Assembly (NCBI GenBank): GCA_038087875.1
Contig: JAXLNO010000612.1
Coordinates: 1-64,000, forward strand
Reading direction: 5' to 3'
DNA length: 64,000 nt
Origin: Malacoraja senta
Taxonomy: Eukaryota
The position numbers and the translations under genes are program-made. The notes beneath the pieces were generated by a model that was not told the origin of the DNA, did no database searches, and saw nothing but the letters and a program-made list of their open reading frames with translations. The first letter of the stretch is position 1; each line of letters begins with the position of its first letter. This document shows positions 37,946-50,609 of this stretch, one piece after another.

Positions 37946-38635
37946 AGCTGATTGATAATGTTGTCGATGACCTTTGTTGATGATCGAAAATAGGCTGGAC
38001 CATTATGAGTTGAAATGATTCTGTCCTTTTTGTAAACAGGATATACCTGGACAATTTTCCACGTCACCACAGGTAAATGTCATTGTTATGACTCCACTAC
38101 AGAAGCTTGGCTGGAGGATTTGAAAATCAGGTCTTCATTATTACAGCTGTAAGTAAAAAATAAACTGCCGGAGGAACTCGTCGAGTCAGACAGCATCTAT
38201 GAAGGGAAATGGACAGATGATATTTTGATTTCGGACTCCACTTCAGACTCAACAGTATACAGCTGTAGTGTTGGCTCTCAGCTGTTTATATCACATTGAG
38301 TGAATCGGTGGGGATTTCAGGAGGTATCTGAGAAGGTTCACTATTTGGCACCTCAGGCTGAATATGGTTGTGTGCTGTTGGTGGGAGTCACCTGGATATA
38401 CTTGCAGAAATCACTTGATCAATATTTCCAGTGCACGTACACTTGAGCCAGCACTTAATAGGTAATGAAACATCCGTTCAGTGCTGTGAATAATTTATTT
38501 TATGTCATTGTCTATAACTTCATGGGGATGAAGTTCACACTGCCTTGAGCAACCGGGCTCCACATACAGTATGGAATTGAATCATTGTACCCCTTGTTCT
38601 CAACTCCCAATAAAATCTAGAAACAAGTAACTGCA

Positions 38636-39452
38636 GATTCAGATTCAGATTCAGATTCACATTTATTGTCACATGCACCAATTAAGGTACAGTGATATTT
38701 GAGTTACCATGCAGCCATACAATTAAAAGAACACAACATAATTAAAAAGAACGATAGAACTTAACATAAACATCCACCACAGTGATCACTGTGATGGAAG
38801 GCAATAAAGTGTAATCAGTCTTTCTCTTTTTGTTCACCCGTGTTTGGGGCCTTGACCCTCCATAGTCGCCGCTACGCATGGCCCGATGTACAAGCCGTCT
38901 CGTCGGGATGATCGAAGCTTCGACGTCGGGACGGATGGTAGACACTTGGAGTGCCCGAACCGGCCAGTTTCTTACCAGAGACCACGGCTTCTCGATGTTA
39001 TAGGCTGCAGGCAGGCCAGCGGTCGGAGCTCTTCTCCGGCAATCCCTGGCAAGGGATCCCTGGGATGGTAAATCTACGCCACTCCCGCGGCTAGAAGCTC
39101 CGCAGACCGCGGCTTCACAATATTAGTCAGCAGGCCGGCGGTCGGAGTCTTTCTTCTGGCTCCGTGATGGAAGTCCGCGCCGCGCCTGCTGCTGAAGCCC
39201 TGGGCCATCTCCGGGAAAGGCCACACCAATCGAAGTTGTTAGGCCGCGAGGGAGGCAAATATGCGACTAGGAAAAAAGTCGCATTCCGCCGAGGTAAGTG
39301 ACTGGAAACGGTTTCCCCCTTTCCCACCGCCCCCACCCCCCCACATAAAAACATACCGAGACACATTAACACATACATTTAGACATACTAAAAAAAAAAG
39401 TCGAAATGTCCGACAAACTGCTGGCGAGGCTACCGCGTGCGGCGCCACCCGA
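38636..39452 (-). mobile_element. GC-rich non-autonomous retroposon with a (GAATCT)n tail
   Basis: Minus-strand 5' GGGTGGCGCCGCACGCGGTAGCCTCGCC, 3' TGTGACAATAAAT(GAATCT)n resembling the Rex/Babar-type tails here; splits a Penelope end (AACTGCAG|ATG); no ORF. Confidence 0.55.
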
Positions 39453-40444
39453 TGATACTGGTTTATCAAGGAAAGGCACAAAGTTCTGGAGTGACTCAGC
39501 GGGTCAGGCAGCATCCTTGGAGAACATGGATAGGTGATGTTTCATGGCGGGACCCTTCTTCAGGCTGACAGTCTGAAGAACAGTCACGGCCCAAAACGTT
39601 ACCCATTCATGTTCTCCAGCGATGCTGTCTAACCATCTGCGTTACTCCAGCATTTTGTGTCTTTCCCAATAAAATCGGACTTAAGCCTGGGGAAATATTG
39701 GAAACGGGCGATGATATGAATCATTGATTATAAAAGATTATGTAAAGACATGAGGGAGAAATGACCCTTGTCTCAAGAAACAAGATTCAAGATGTGTAAG
39801 TGAAGGAAATAAAAAGCAAAAGCCAAAATCATTGAAGATGCTGATGGGGAGGAGGCTACAGAGGCAGCTAATGCAATGGACATGGAAGGATATTGCCTTA
39901 GAGGTCACACGCTGGAGTTCTGTGCTCAGAAATGGCTCCAGTCCCCCAAGTGCGATCATATCCTGATGCAAGTTGCCTGAATCAAACTAGTTATCACAAA
40001 GACACTCATGAATAACTACAAAGCTGCCAGGATCACAGCTTTAGTTCACTTCTCCCAACATCAAACTATGATTGTATTCTGTAAATGAACCCATCAGTTG
40101 GCTGAGATTTATCGGCTTTATCTTGCACCCAATGTTATTCGCTTTATCGTATATCTGTACACTGTGGATGGCTTGATTGTATAGGCTTTACGCTGACTGG
40201 TTAGCATGCAACAAAAAAAGCTTTTCACTGTACCTTGGAACAGAGAACAGGGAAGAGATAAGACTTTTGCCTTCCATCACAGTGAGGAGGTGTTTGGAGA
40301 TTCACTGTGATGGATGTTTGTGTGGAATTGTGTGGTTTTTTTCTTTTGCTGTTATGACTGCAGGAACGAAATTTCGTTGAACCTTGGTGTTAAATGACAA
40401 TAAATGGCATTCTAAATTCTAAATTCTAAATTCGTGACAATTTA

Positions 40445-40530
40445 AACTAAACTGAACTAAATTAAACTAAACTGAACTAAATTAAACTAAACTGAACTAA
40501 ACTAAACTAAATGAAATTAAATGAAACTAA
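40445..40530. repeat. (AACTA)n microsatellite tail
   Basis: Direct reading. Confidence 0.85.
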
Positions 40531-40929
40531 ATGTCATAAGGTCATGTGAGAGGAGCAGAATTAGGCCATTCGGCCCATCAAGTCTACTCCGCCATTCAAT
40601 CATGGCTGATCTATCTCTCCCTCATAACCCCATTCTCCTGCCTTCTCCCCATAACCCCTGACATACGCACTAATCAAGAATCTATCTATCTCTGCCTTAC
40701 AAATGTGGACATTATATTAAAAGATAATTGCTTAAAAACTCATTCCCGATCAGTTGCTCCAAATGTGCTATGCAGCAACTGTGGGTCATCTTATTCAGTT
40801 TCTGAAATTCACTGGGTCTAAATTTTTTTCAGTAGGTGTAACTTGGCCAAGATTCTTCTTGAGGGATGAATGAAGTTTGCTGCTTGGATCATTTCATCAA
40901 ACAGCAAGACTGCTGCACCCGGAGTTCCC

Positions 40930-41200
40930 AGATGAGAGGGGGAAAGTTTAAAGGAGATATGCAGGGCAAGTTTTTTGCCCAGAGAATGATGGGTGCCAGG
41001 GACACTTTGCCAGGGGTGGTGGTGGAAGATGATAAGATAGTGGTGTTTAAGAGGCTTTAGGATAGGCACATAGATACACAAGGAATGGAGGGATGTGGAT
41101 TATGTGCAGGCTGAGGAGATTAGTTTAACTCTGCATCATGTTCGGCACAGGCATTGTGGGCTGAAGGGCCTGTTTCTGTGCTGTACTTTCTATGTTCCAT
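40930..41200 (+). mobile_element. CR1 3' fragment
   Basis: RGGKFKGD.QGKFFAQR..TLPGVVVE. Confidence 0.8.
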
Positions 41201-42749
41201 AAGACTGAGGAATACATATGGATATACATAGATGGAGAAATCAATGATTAAGGATGAGGTGAAAACACACATCTGATTGCCTAACAGCAGGTTTTGTTAA
41301 TACTCCAGTCCTCTGCCAATTATTTGCTCCTAATTTAAGAACCATTTTATGTTCATTAGCATAGCAGACTGCAGTCTGAAGAAAGGTCTCGACCCAAAAC
41401 GTCACCCATTCCTTCTCTCCAGAGATGCTGCTGTCCCGTTAAGTTATTCTAGCTTTTTGTGTCTATTTTCAGTTTAAACCAGCATCTGCAATTCCTTCCT
41501 ACAGATAATGCCAAGTTACATTTAACCATTTTTTCCGGATTTTTGACACCTTTGTTTAAAAGCTTTTGATAACTTTAATGCCATCATCTTTCAGATTGTT
41601 AAAGTGACAGTTCTCCTAAGGGAAGGGCATGAAAGACAGGGCCTTGGTGAAAGTGCAGCACAATGTCGTGGCTGGCCGAGCTGTGGCCTTACCCGCTGCC
41701 AGAGATGCGGCTTAAATCCTGACCTTAGTGCTGGCTGTGTGGAGTTTGCATATTATTCCTGCATAGGTTTCCCATGGCTGCTCTTGTTTCCGCTCATATC
41801 CAAATGCCATGCAAGTTGTTAGGTTAACTAGTCACAATGTATTGCCCCATAATATGATGGTAAAAGGTAGAATCTAGCAAGAGTTAATAAGAATGGGCCA
41901 TGCCAGTGAGAATTGGATTAATGTGCGATTAGTATAAATGTAAATGGCATGGATGTAATGGGCTGAAGGGCCTGTTTTGGTCCTGTACCTCTCTCAATTA
42001 CTATTAAAAAGGTACATCGAATAAAGGATTTCAGAAATGTTGGGAAATAAGGGAATCTGAGGAGGTTCTCCACTGGGCAGAGAAGATTAAGGGAAATATA
42101 AGTGATGTGTTCAGAGTTCTGAAAGATTTGATCTCATTGATAACCAGGTGGTAAAGATTAAATAAAAGATTTGGGATTTGGGAAGATGATGATTCTTTTT
42201 ATGCATTTAATTATTATGATGTTGACCGCCTCTCGGAATTGGCTGGGTGATGCAGGTTGAAAAGGGAATTGGATAGATAGTTAAAAAGAAAAATATTACA
42301 TTTGTATGGAGAAAGATCAGAAGTGTGAGATTAATGGGAGCACTCTTTCAAACAGCTGGCATGAGCTCATTTTGTGTTTTATGATTCTATGGTCACAGAA
42401 GGTAAATCTAAAAGAAAATCTAATCAATTATTTGGAAAATAACATTTATATTTCAAAAATTTAAAAAATACGTCCATCAAAGAGTTCATAAAAAACAGAT
42501 CCACTTGTTTACACAATGGTTAAAACACGTTGATATCTTTCACCCATTGTCCATTAATGTCAAAGACTAGAGGAGATAGCTTCAAGATGGCAGGGGCACA
42601 ATCTAAAAGAACCGTGAGGACAATTTTTTTTACACAGAGGGTGGTGGGCGCCTGGAATGTGTTGCAAGGAATTACGTGATTGTGACATTTAAGAGGCTTA
42701 ATTTGTGGAATTTGAAGATCGGGACAGAGATGCTACACAGAGATTTTGA

Positions 42750-43730
42750 AAGGAAGGAAACGCAAAGGGATCTAGGGGTAGTAGTACATGAATCACTAAA
42801 AGTTAGTATGCAGGTGCAGCAAGCTATGAGGAAGGCCAATGGAGTTTTGGCCTTTATTGCTAGGGGGATTGAGTATAAAAACACGGAGGTCTTGCTGCAG
42901 CTGTACACAGTATTAGTGAGACCACATTTGGAATACTGTGTACAGTTCTGGGGTCCATACTTAAGAAAGGATGTACTGGCCCTGGAGGCAGTGCAGCGAA
43001 GGTTTACAAGATTAATTCCTGCAATGAGGGGATTGACATATGAGGAAAGGTTAAGTAGGCTGGAACTCTACTCTTTGGAGTTTAGAAGAATGAGAGGCGA
43101 TCTCATTGAAACATATAAGATCGTGAGGGGCCTTGATCGGGTGGATGCACCGAGGATGTTCCCAATGATCGGGGAAACTAGAACTAGGGGACATAGTTGC
43201 AGAATAAGGGGGGGCTCTTTTAAAACTGAGATGAGGAAGAACTTCTTCACCCAGAGGGTGGTTAATTTATGGAATTCACTGCCCCAGGGAGCAGTGGAAG
43301 CAGAAACATTAAATATATTTAAGTCTAAAATAGATGGTTTTTTAGCTGCCAAGGGGATAAGGGGCTACGGGGAGAGGGCAGGGATATGGACCTAGGTAGG
43401 GTTAGTATAGTAAGACCTGAGTGATCTCCTGGACAAGTGTCGATCGCCTGGATTGGGGTCGGAGAGGAATTTCCCGGATTTTTTTCCCGAATTGGACCTG
43501 GGTTTTTATCCGTTTTTTTGCCTCCCCCAGGAGATCACGCGGTTCTTGGGGTGGAGAGGGGTGATAGCGGTATAAAGGGGAGGGTAGTGTCTTGTGTTCT
43601 GTGTCTTGTGTCTACTGTTTGTGGGTAGGGGTGTCTGTTTGGTGTTCAGCCATGAGCGAATGGCGGTGCGGGCTCGATGGGCCTGGTGGTCTACTCTCGC
43701 ACCTACTTTCTATGTTTCTATGTTTCTATG
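42750..43730 (+). mobile_element. young CR1 3' fragment with an extended 3' UTR
   Basis: Uninterrupted ~215-aa frame QRDLGVVVHESLK..LVRPHLEYCVQFW..FFTQRVVNLWNSLP, stop at 43395; (TATGTTTC)n tail. Confidence 0.92.
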
Positions 43731-44269
43731 TTACAGCAGCTGAGTAAAAGATTGGTCAAATGGTAGGTTCAATGAAGATCATGCGAGGGGGGTTGGGGTG
43801 GGGGAAAAGTATCTATAGCTTGGGATTTGCCTAAATGAGTACTGAGATGGATTATCATTCCACACCAAATTTCTTAGACAATAATACCTTTTATGCAATT
43901 ATCACAACATTATGCTGGATATGGATCAACGGACTATGTATGGTACATGCTTGTAAATAAGTAAAACAAATGTTCTTCTTTAAGTACAGTTGTTTCTGGG
44001 ATGGGGTGACTGATTACAAATAACCTACATTCTATATTTTGTCATAATGTGGCTGAAGCAATGGCATATTTTGAGATGTTTATTGAGATAGAAAGATACA
44101 ACTGAGTTTGGGCAAGATATTACCTTGCAACATTCTGTATATCTGATAGATATTGTGAAATGGAACTCAGAAATTATGGGAGGATTACATAAAACTACAA
44201 TTCAAAGGTAATGAATATACTGAGTATTCTTATTTCCATCATGAACTTACAGTAGTGATATAGGACACC

Positions 44270-44548
44270 AGGTCCTACTATGGTAAACTCACGAGCTACT
44301 ACGGTATGACTATGTGTTAAAAGTATGACATTTTTACATCCCGAGTATATTTTTATCGTGGACATTTTTCAACATGTTGAAAAATCTTCACGAGTTACCA
44401 CGTTTCCCGAGTACCTGCCGTTAGCGCTAAGAGACGTCCCGAGCGCCGACGCACCCGCTACGTTCATTCTACGTGCTTACCCAGAGTTTTGATTTTTTTT
44501 TAAACTCGGGAGAGCTCTAGTGTGAACTCGCACAGTGGGACAGGGCTT
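44270..44548. mobile_element. truncated Harbinger-type MITE (right end)
   Basis: CAGTGGGACAGGGCTT end; perfect palindrome ATTTTTCAACATGTTGAAAAAT at 44364-44385. Confidence 0.75.
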
Positions 44549-44840
44549 TTAGAATTAAGGAGATGTACCTCTTCTTTTGGGAGGCAAATCATTCATGTAG
44601 GGAAATAATACAATTTTATCACATAGATACATAGATACATAGAAAATTGGTGCAGGAGTAGGCCATTCGGCCCTTCGAGCCTGCACCGCCATTCAATATG
44701 ATCATGGCTGATCATCCAACTCAGTATCCCGTACCTGCCTTCTCTCCATATCCCCTGATCCCTTTAGCCACAAGGGCCAATAGCAACATGTAGGCTATTC
44801 AAATTTGGTGACTGAACTGATTGTACATACAAGAGCATAA

Positions 44841-45417
44841 TGGGCCTGTCCCATTTAGGCGATTTTTTAGGCGACTATAGGCGACTAGGCTGTCGCCACA
44901 TGGTCGCCGGTGGTCACCAGGGTGTCTCCAGGGTGTCGCCTGTAAGGTCGTGAGTAGTCTCCTCAGTCACCCAAAGAGTCGTAGCGTCTTTCTGATCATC
45001 GCTGGATTTTCAACGTTGAAAATTTTTCGGCAACAGTGGTGACCATGGGTTTGACGCCAAAGAGCGTAGCAGGAACAGGGTACTGGTTGGGGATGATCAG
45101 CCATGATCACATTGAATGGCGGTGCCGGCTCAAAGGGCCGAATGGCCTACCCCTGCACCTATTGTCTATTGTCTATTGTCGTAGGTTGCCGCCAAGTTAA
45201 CGTAGGTTGTCGCCAGGATGTCGTAGGTTGTTGCCAGGTGATGTAGGTTGTCGCCGGTGCTGACTTTGGTGAATTACATTGTCGTATTCGCTGGCAGTCG
45301 CCTAAAAAATCGCCAAAGTGGGCAGGCCCATTAGTCCAGTCGCTGTTTTTTTGGCGGCCTGCTATGACTATGACAGTCACCGGCAGTCGCCTAAAAATCG
45401 CCTGTGGGACAGACCCA
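44841..45417. mobile_element. Harbinger-type MITE with a duplicated right end and a CR1 tail insertion (~45069-45179)
   Basis: TAA|TGGGCCTGTCCCA ... TGGGACAGACCCA|TAA; extra internal end at ~45295-45330. Confidence 0.9.
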
Positions 45418-45537
45418 TAATTGTACCAATGGAATTTTATTTATTTCTACTGCTATATTTTTATTTATTTTTTCAGAATCAGAATCAACTTATTGGCCGA
45501 GTACGTACACATACCAGGAATTTGACTTTGTGCTTTA

Positions 45538-46600
45538 GGTTAACCTATGATGAGGATTTGTCTGCACTGGGCCTGTACTCGCTGGAGTTTAGAAGAATGA
45601 GGGGGAACCTAATTGAAACGTACAGAATAGTGAAAGACTTGGAGAGAGTGGATGTGGAGAGGATGTTTCCACTAGTGGGAGAGTCTAAAAGTCTGCGGTC
45701 ATTGGCGGCGAGTCTGAGTCTGCGGTCATTGGTGGCGAAACGGGAAGAATCTGCCGCCATAGACCGCGCACTCGTGAGAACGTACAATTCCCGGGCCGTG
45801 CGGCAGTGTTCCCAACAGTGCTAAAATAAAATCGACAATGTCGAAAACCAAATACTCACCGCACAACCTCCACCAGTGATGCACAAGTGCGGCACAGCCG
45901 CTCGCACGGGCCGCCGCCAGTGTGGCTCGAGCGCCGGGCGTCAAACCTCCACTGCCACAGCCTCCGCCAGTGAGGCACGTGCCGCCGCCAGTGACGCACG
46001 TGTGCTGCACGGCCGCAGGCACAGCCACCGCTACAGTGCCGCGATCAGGATGGCCGCCGCCACAGCGGCTGCTGGTGAGTCACGTGCGGCGGGCCGATGT
46101 CATCGCAGTCGGCCCGCCCTTCTTTTACTTACCGCAAGCACGTGGGACCCGCCGTGTTTGAATTAACTCGGCCCCCGCGCAGCATCCGTGCGGCGCTCCG
46201 GTGGATAGGCTCGACGCTCTCGCCGTTGCCGCGCGGTCCTCGCTACCGGCGACGCCGTGCTTCACCGCCGATGACCGCAAACAGGTAAGACAGAGCCTTA
46301 AGACTAGAGGTCATAGCCTCAGAATTGAAGGACGTTCTTTTAGGAAGGAGATGAGGAGGAATTTCTTTAGTCAGAGGGTGGTGAATCCGTGGAATTCTTT
46401 GCCACAGAAGGCTGTGGAGGCCATCAGTGGGTATTTTTAAGGCAGAGATGGATAGATTCTTGATTAGTACTGGTGTCAGAGGTTATGGGGGGAAGGCAGG
46501 AGAATGGGGTTAGGAGGGAGAGATAGATCAGCCATGATTCAATGGCAGAGTAGAATTGATGGGCCGAATGGCCTAATTCTACTCCTATTGCTCATGACCT
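45538..46600 (+). mobile_element. CR1 3' fragment split by a MITE
   Basis: LGLYSLEFRRMRGNLIETYRI..GES|KTRGHSLRIEG rejoins across 45689-46298. Confidence 0.88.
45689..46298. mobile_element. CpG-rich Harbinger-type MITE
   Basis: TAA at 45686-45688 and 46299-46301; empty site GAGTCTAAGACTAGAGG equals CR1 sequence; subterminal inverted repeat TGCGGTCATTGGCGG / CGCCGATGACCGCA; left terminus eroded. Confidence 0.8.
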
Positions 46601-47796
46601 TAGGACCTTCCCTCGCACATGGTAAAAACACAATGTACAGCAGACAGTTAAAAAAAACATTATAATTTAAAAATGTAAAAATATAGTGCAAGAGTAAAAA
46701 GGGGCAGCTTTGCTATATACTGCACATGTCGATATCTAAAGTGCACTTGGAGAGTTCATCAGTGTTTGGCTTATAGGCCAGAATGTAGTGGTGTAGTGAG
46801 GCTGTTAAGTGGAGCTACCGCTGTTTTTGTGTCAGGTGTGGAGGTTTTATTTTTCTATTTTTACAATGAATGCCTCTGTTTATTCATTGAAGTTGATAAT
46901 CATGATAATTAATTGGCCACGGGAATTTGATGATATGCATACATTAGGCATGGTTTCACTCTGCAACATAGTACCCACACCAGTTTTAAGAGGCCATCCT
47001 ATTTAGCCCTCCTCATACTTAATGACTAATGTGTCAATAAGTAAGTCGAGAGCTGTTATATTTCATCATTAGCCCAACCATGAATCAGCAGAATGACATG
47101 GACATTAAAGTGAGTGACTGTCGTGTTTGGAAGCGGAGCGTGGTTGTACTGTGCTGTACTGACAGTATCTCGCTATTTCAGGTCAGGCACATTTTGAATC
47201 AGATATAAATCAAACTTCCCTGACATTGCATTGTCAATGTGCCTCAAAGTCACTCCACGAAGACCTTTTCTCCAACACAGGATGACATTTTAATTTCCCA
47301 CACTCTCTGCTACCACAATCCTCCTGCCGCGGAGCCAGGACGTTTCAGATTCAAGAACCATGCCAAAGACCCGAGCAAAGTCTAGCATGCCACTCCACAT
47401 ATTTCACATGCTTTAATCTTCTGGATCAGTCTACCATGAGGGACCTTGCTGAAAGGTTTATTAAAGTCCACGTATACAATACCACTACCCTCCCCCATCA
47501 ATCATCTTTGTCACGTCCTCGAAAAAAATCGATCATATCAGTAAGACGTGACCTCCTCTGCACAAAGCTATGCTGCCTAAAAATTGAAACAGTTCCTTTC
47601 TGCTCTCTCAGATGTATGTAAAACTGTGGTGTACAATGTTATTGTGGTGAAAGCCCAGTAAAAAATCTGAAGCACTTCGAGAACAACTCAAGTGAACACG
47701 CAAATGACAGAATTATACATTCAGTCGGTAGAGTAACATAGAAAGAGGTAATTTGACCCACCCTCTATATCTCTAACCAGTTCCTAATCCCTAACC

Positions 47797-47930
47797 AGTC
47801 TGAAGAAGGGTCTTGACCCGAAACGTCACCCATTCCTTCTCTCCAGAGATGTTGCCTGTCCTGCTGAGTTACTCCAGCTTTTTGTGTCCAACTTCGGTTT
47901 AAACCAGCATCTGCAGTTCCTTCTTACACT
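47797..47930 (+). ncRNA. Penelope-derived end containing a minimal type I hammerhead ribozyme motif
   Basis: CTGAAGA-A-GGGTC-TT-GACCC-GAAAC-GTC (47800-47827): CUGANGA and GAAA core, 5-bp stem II, GUC triplet; stem I weak. Confidence 0.55.
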
Positions 47931-48494
47931 TATCTATACCAGCCCAATTTACCCTCAATTTGCTCCATAGCCTTCTATGCCTTAGTCATTAATACATGTA
48001 TGGTTGCTTCATAACATGTGATAGTAGCTGTCTCCATCACCTCCTTTGGCTGCATGTTCCACATTCTACCCTCTTTCTGTGTGAAAGTATCCCCCCTCAG
48101 ATCTACTCTAAATCTTCTACCTCTCAATGGTCGCTATGCACTCAAAACCTCCCAGCTCTGGATACAAACCCCACTGGCACTCTGTAGCCCCTGGCTCACA
48201 TTCTGGGCTAATGAGTGAACCAGATGTCAGCCCCTCAAAATCGCTAAAAAATGACAGATTATTGAAGTTTACTGTAGATACTGTAGGGAATTATGTAACT
48301 TTTATTTTGGGGTGATCCATTTTGCTTCTCCTTTCTCAGACTCTGTGTTGAGGATACTCAGTGTCGTAGTTATAGAGTCATTCTGTGTGGAAACAGACCC
48401 TTCGGCCCGACTTAAGATTCGTCAGAACTACAACTACTTGAGCTACAAAAATTGTTCATCCCAGTTTGACAAAAGAATAAATCAGGGAAGGTAG

Positions 48495-50530
48495 TGCATC
48501 CGTGGATAACAAGGGAAATCAGGGATAGTATCAAAACAAAAGATGAAGCATACAAATTAGCCAGAAAAAGCAGCCTACCAAAGGACTGGGAGTCCAGCAG
48601 AGGAGGACAAAGGGCTTAATTAGGAAAGGGAAAATAGATTATGAAAGAAAACTGGCAGGGAACATAAAAACTGACTGCAAAAGCCTTTATAGATATGTGA
48701 AGAGAAAAAGATTAGTTAAAACAAATGTAGGTCTCTTGCAGTCAGAAACAGGTGAATTGATCATGGGGAACAAGGACATGGCAGACCAATTGAATAACTA
48801 CTTTGGTTCTGTCTTCACTAAGGAAGACATAAATAATCTGCCGGAAATAGCAGGGGACCGGGGGTCAAATGAGATGGAGGAACTGAGTGAAATCCAGGTT
48901 AGTCGGGAAGTGGTGTTAGGTAAATTGAGTGGATTAAAGGCCAATAAATCCCCAGGGCCAGATAGGCTGCATTCCAGAGTGCTTAAGGATGTAGCTCCAG
49001 AAATAGTGGATGCACTAGTGATACTTTTTCAAAACTCTTTAGATTCTGGAGTAGTTCATGAGGATTGAAGGGTAGCAAATGTAACCCTACTTTTTAAAAA
49101 TGGAGGGAGAGAGAAAAAGGGGAAATACAGACCAGTTAGTCTAACATCGGTAGTGGGGGAAATGCAAGAGTCAGTTATTAAAGATGGGATAGCAGCACAT
49201 TTGGAAGGTGGTGAAATCATTGGACAAAGTCAGCATGGATTTATGAAAGGTAAATCATGTCTGACGAATCTTATAGAATTTTCCGAGGATGTAACTAGTA
49301 GAGTGGATAAGGGAGAACCAGTGGATGTGTTATATCTGGACTTTCAGAAGGCTTTTGACAAGGTCCCACATAAGAGATTAGTATGCAAACTTAAAGCACA
49401 CAGTATTGGGGGTTCAGTATTGATGTGGATAGAGAACTGGCTGGCAAACAGGAAGCAAAGAGTAGGAGTAAAGGGGTCCTTTTCAGAATGGCAGGCAGTG
49501 GCTAATGGGGTACCGCAAGGCTCAATGCTGGGACCCCAGCTATTTACAATATATATTAATGATTTGGACGAGGGAATTGAATGCAACATCTCCAAGTTTG
49601 CGGATGACACGAAGCTGGGGGGCAGTGTTAGCTGTGAGGAGGATGCTAGGAGGCTGCAAGGTGACTTGGATAGGTTGGGTGAGTGGGCAAATGCATGGCA
49701 GATGCAGTATAATGTGGATACATGTGAGGTTATCCACTTTGGTGGCAAGAACAGGAAAGTAGACTATTATCTGAATGGTGGCCGATTAGGAAAAGGGGAG
49801 ATGCAACGAGACCTGGGTGTCATGGTACACCAGTCATTGAAAGTAGGCATGCAGGTACAGCAGGCAGTGAAGAAAGCGAATGGTATGTTAGCATTCATAG
49901 CAAAAGGATTTGAGTATAGGAGCAGGGAGGTTCTACTGCAGTTGTACAGGGCCTTGGTGAGACCTCACCTGGAGTATTGCGTACAGTTTTGGTCTCCTAA
50001 TCTGAGGAAAGACATTCTTGCCACAGAGGGAGTACAGCGAAGGTTCACCAGACTGATTCCTGGGATGGCAGGACTTTCATAAGAAGAAAGACTGGATAGA
50101 CTCATACTCGCTGGGATTTAGAAGATTGAGGGGGTTCTTATAGAAACTTACACAATTCTTAAGGGGTTGGGCATGCTAGATGCAAGAAGATTGTTCCCGA
50201 TGTTGGGGAAGTCCAGAACAAGGGGTCCCAGTTTAAGGATAAGGGGGAAGTCTTTTAGGACCGAGATGAGAACATTTTTTTTCACACAGAGAGTGGTGAA
50301 TCTGTGGAATTCTCTGCCACAGAAAGTAGTTGTGGCCAGTTCATTGGCTATATTTAAGAGGGAGTTACATGTGGCCCTTGTGGCTAAAGGGATCAGGGGG
50401 TATGGAGTGAAGGCAGGTACAGGATACTGAGTTGGATGATCAGCCATGATCATATTGAATGGCGGTGCAGGCTCGAAGGGCTGAATGGCCTACTCCTGCA
50501 CCTATTTTCTATGTTTCTATGTTTCTATGA
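48495..50530 (+). mobile_element. CR1/HER1-like LINE, 5'-truncated ORF2 with RT (inactivated)
   Basis: KSPGPD, YLDFQKAFDKVPH, GVPQGSMLGP, KFADDTKL, RPHLEYCVQFW; stops at ~49066 and ~50080; (TATGTTTC)n tail. Confidence 0.95.
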
Positions 50531-50609
50531 CTTGCCCACACCGATCAACATGCCCCATCTACACTAGTCCCACCTGCCTGTGTTTGGCCCAGCTTGCTCA
50601 ACCTTTCCC

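Noticed and set aside
45726..46288. Ala/Arg/Pro-rich ORFs
   Set aside because: Inside a GC-rich MITE bounded by TSDs
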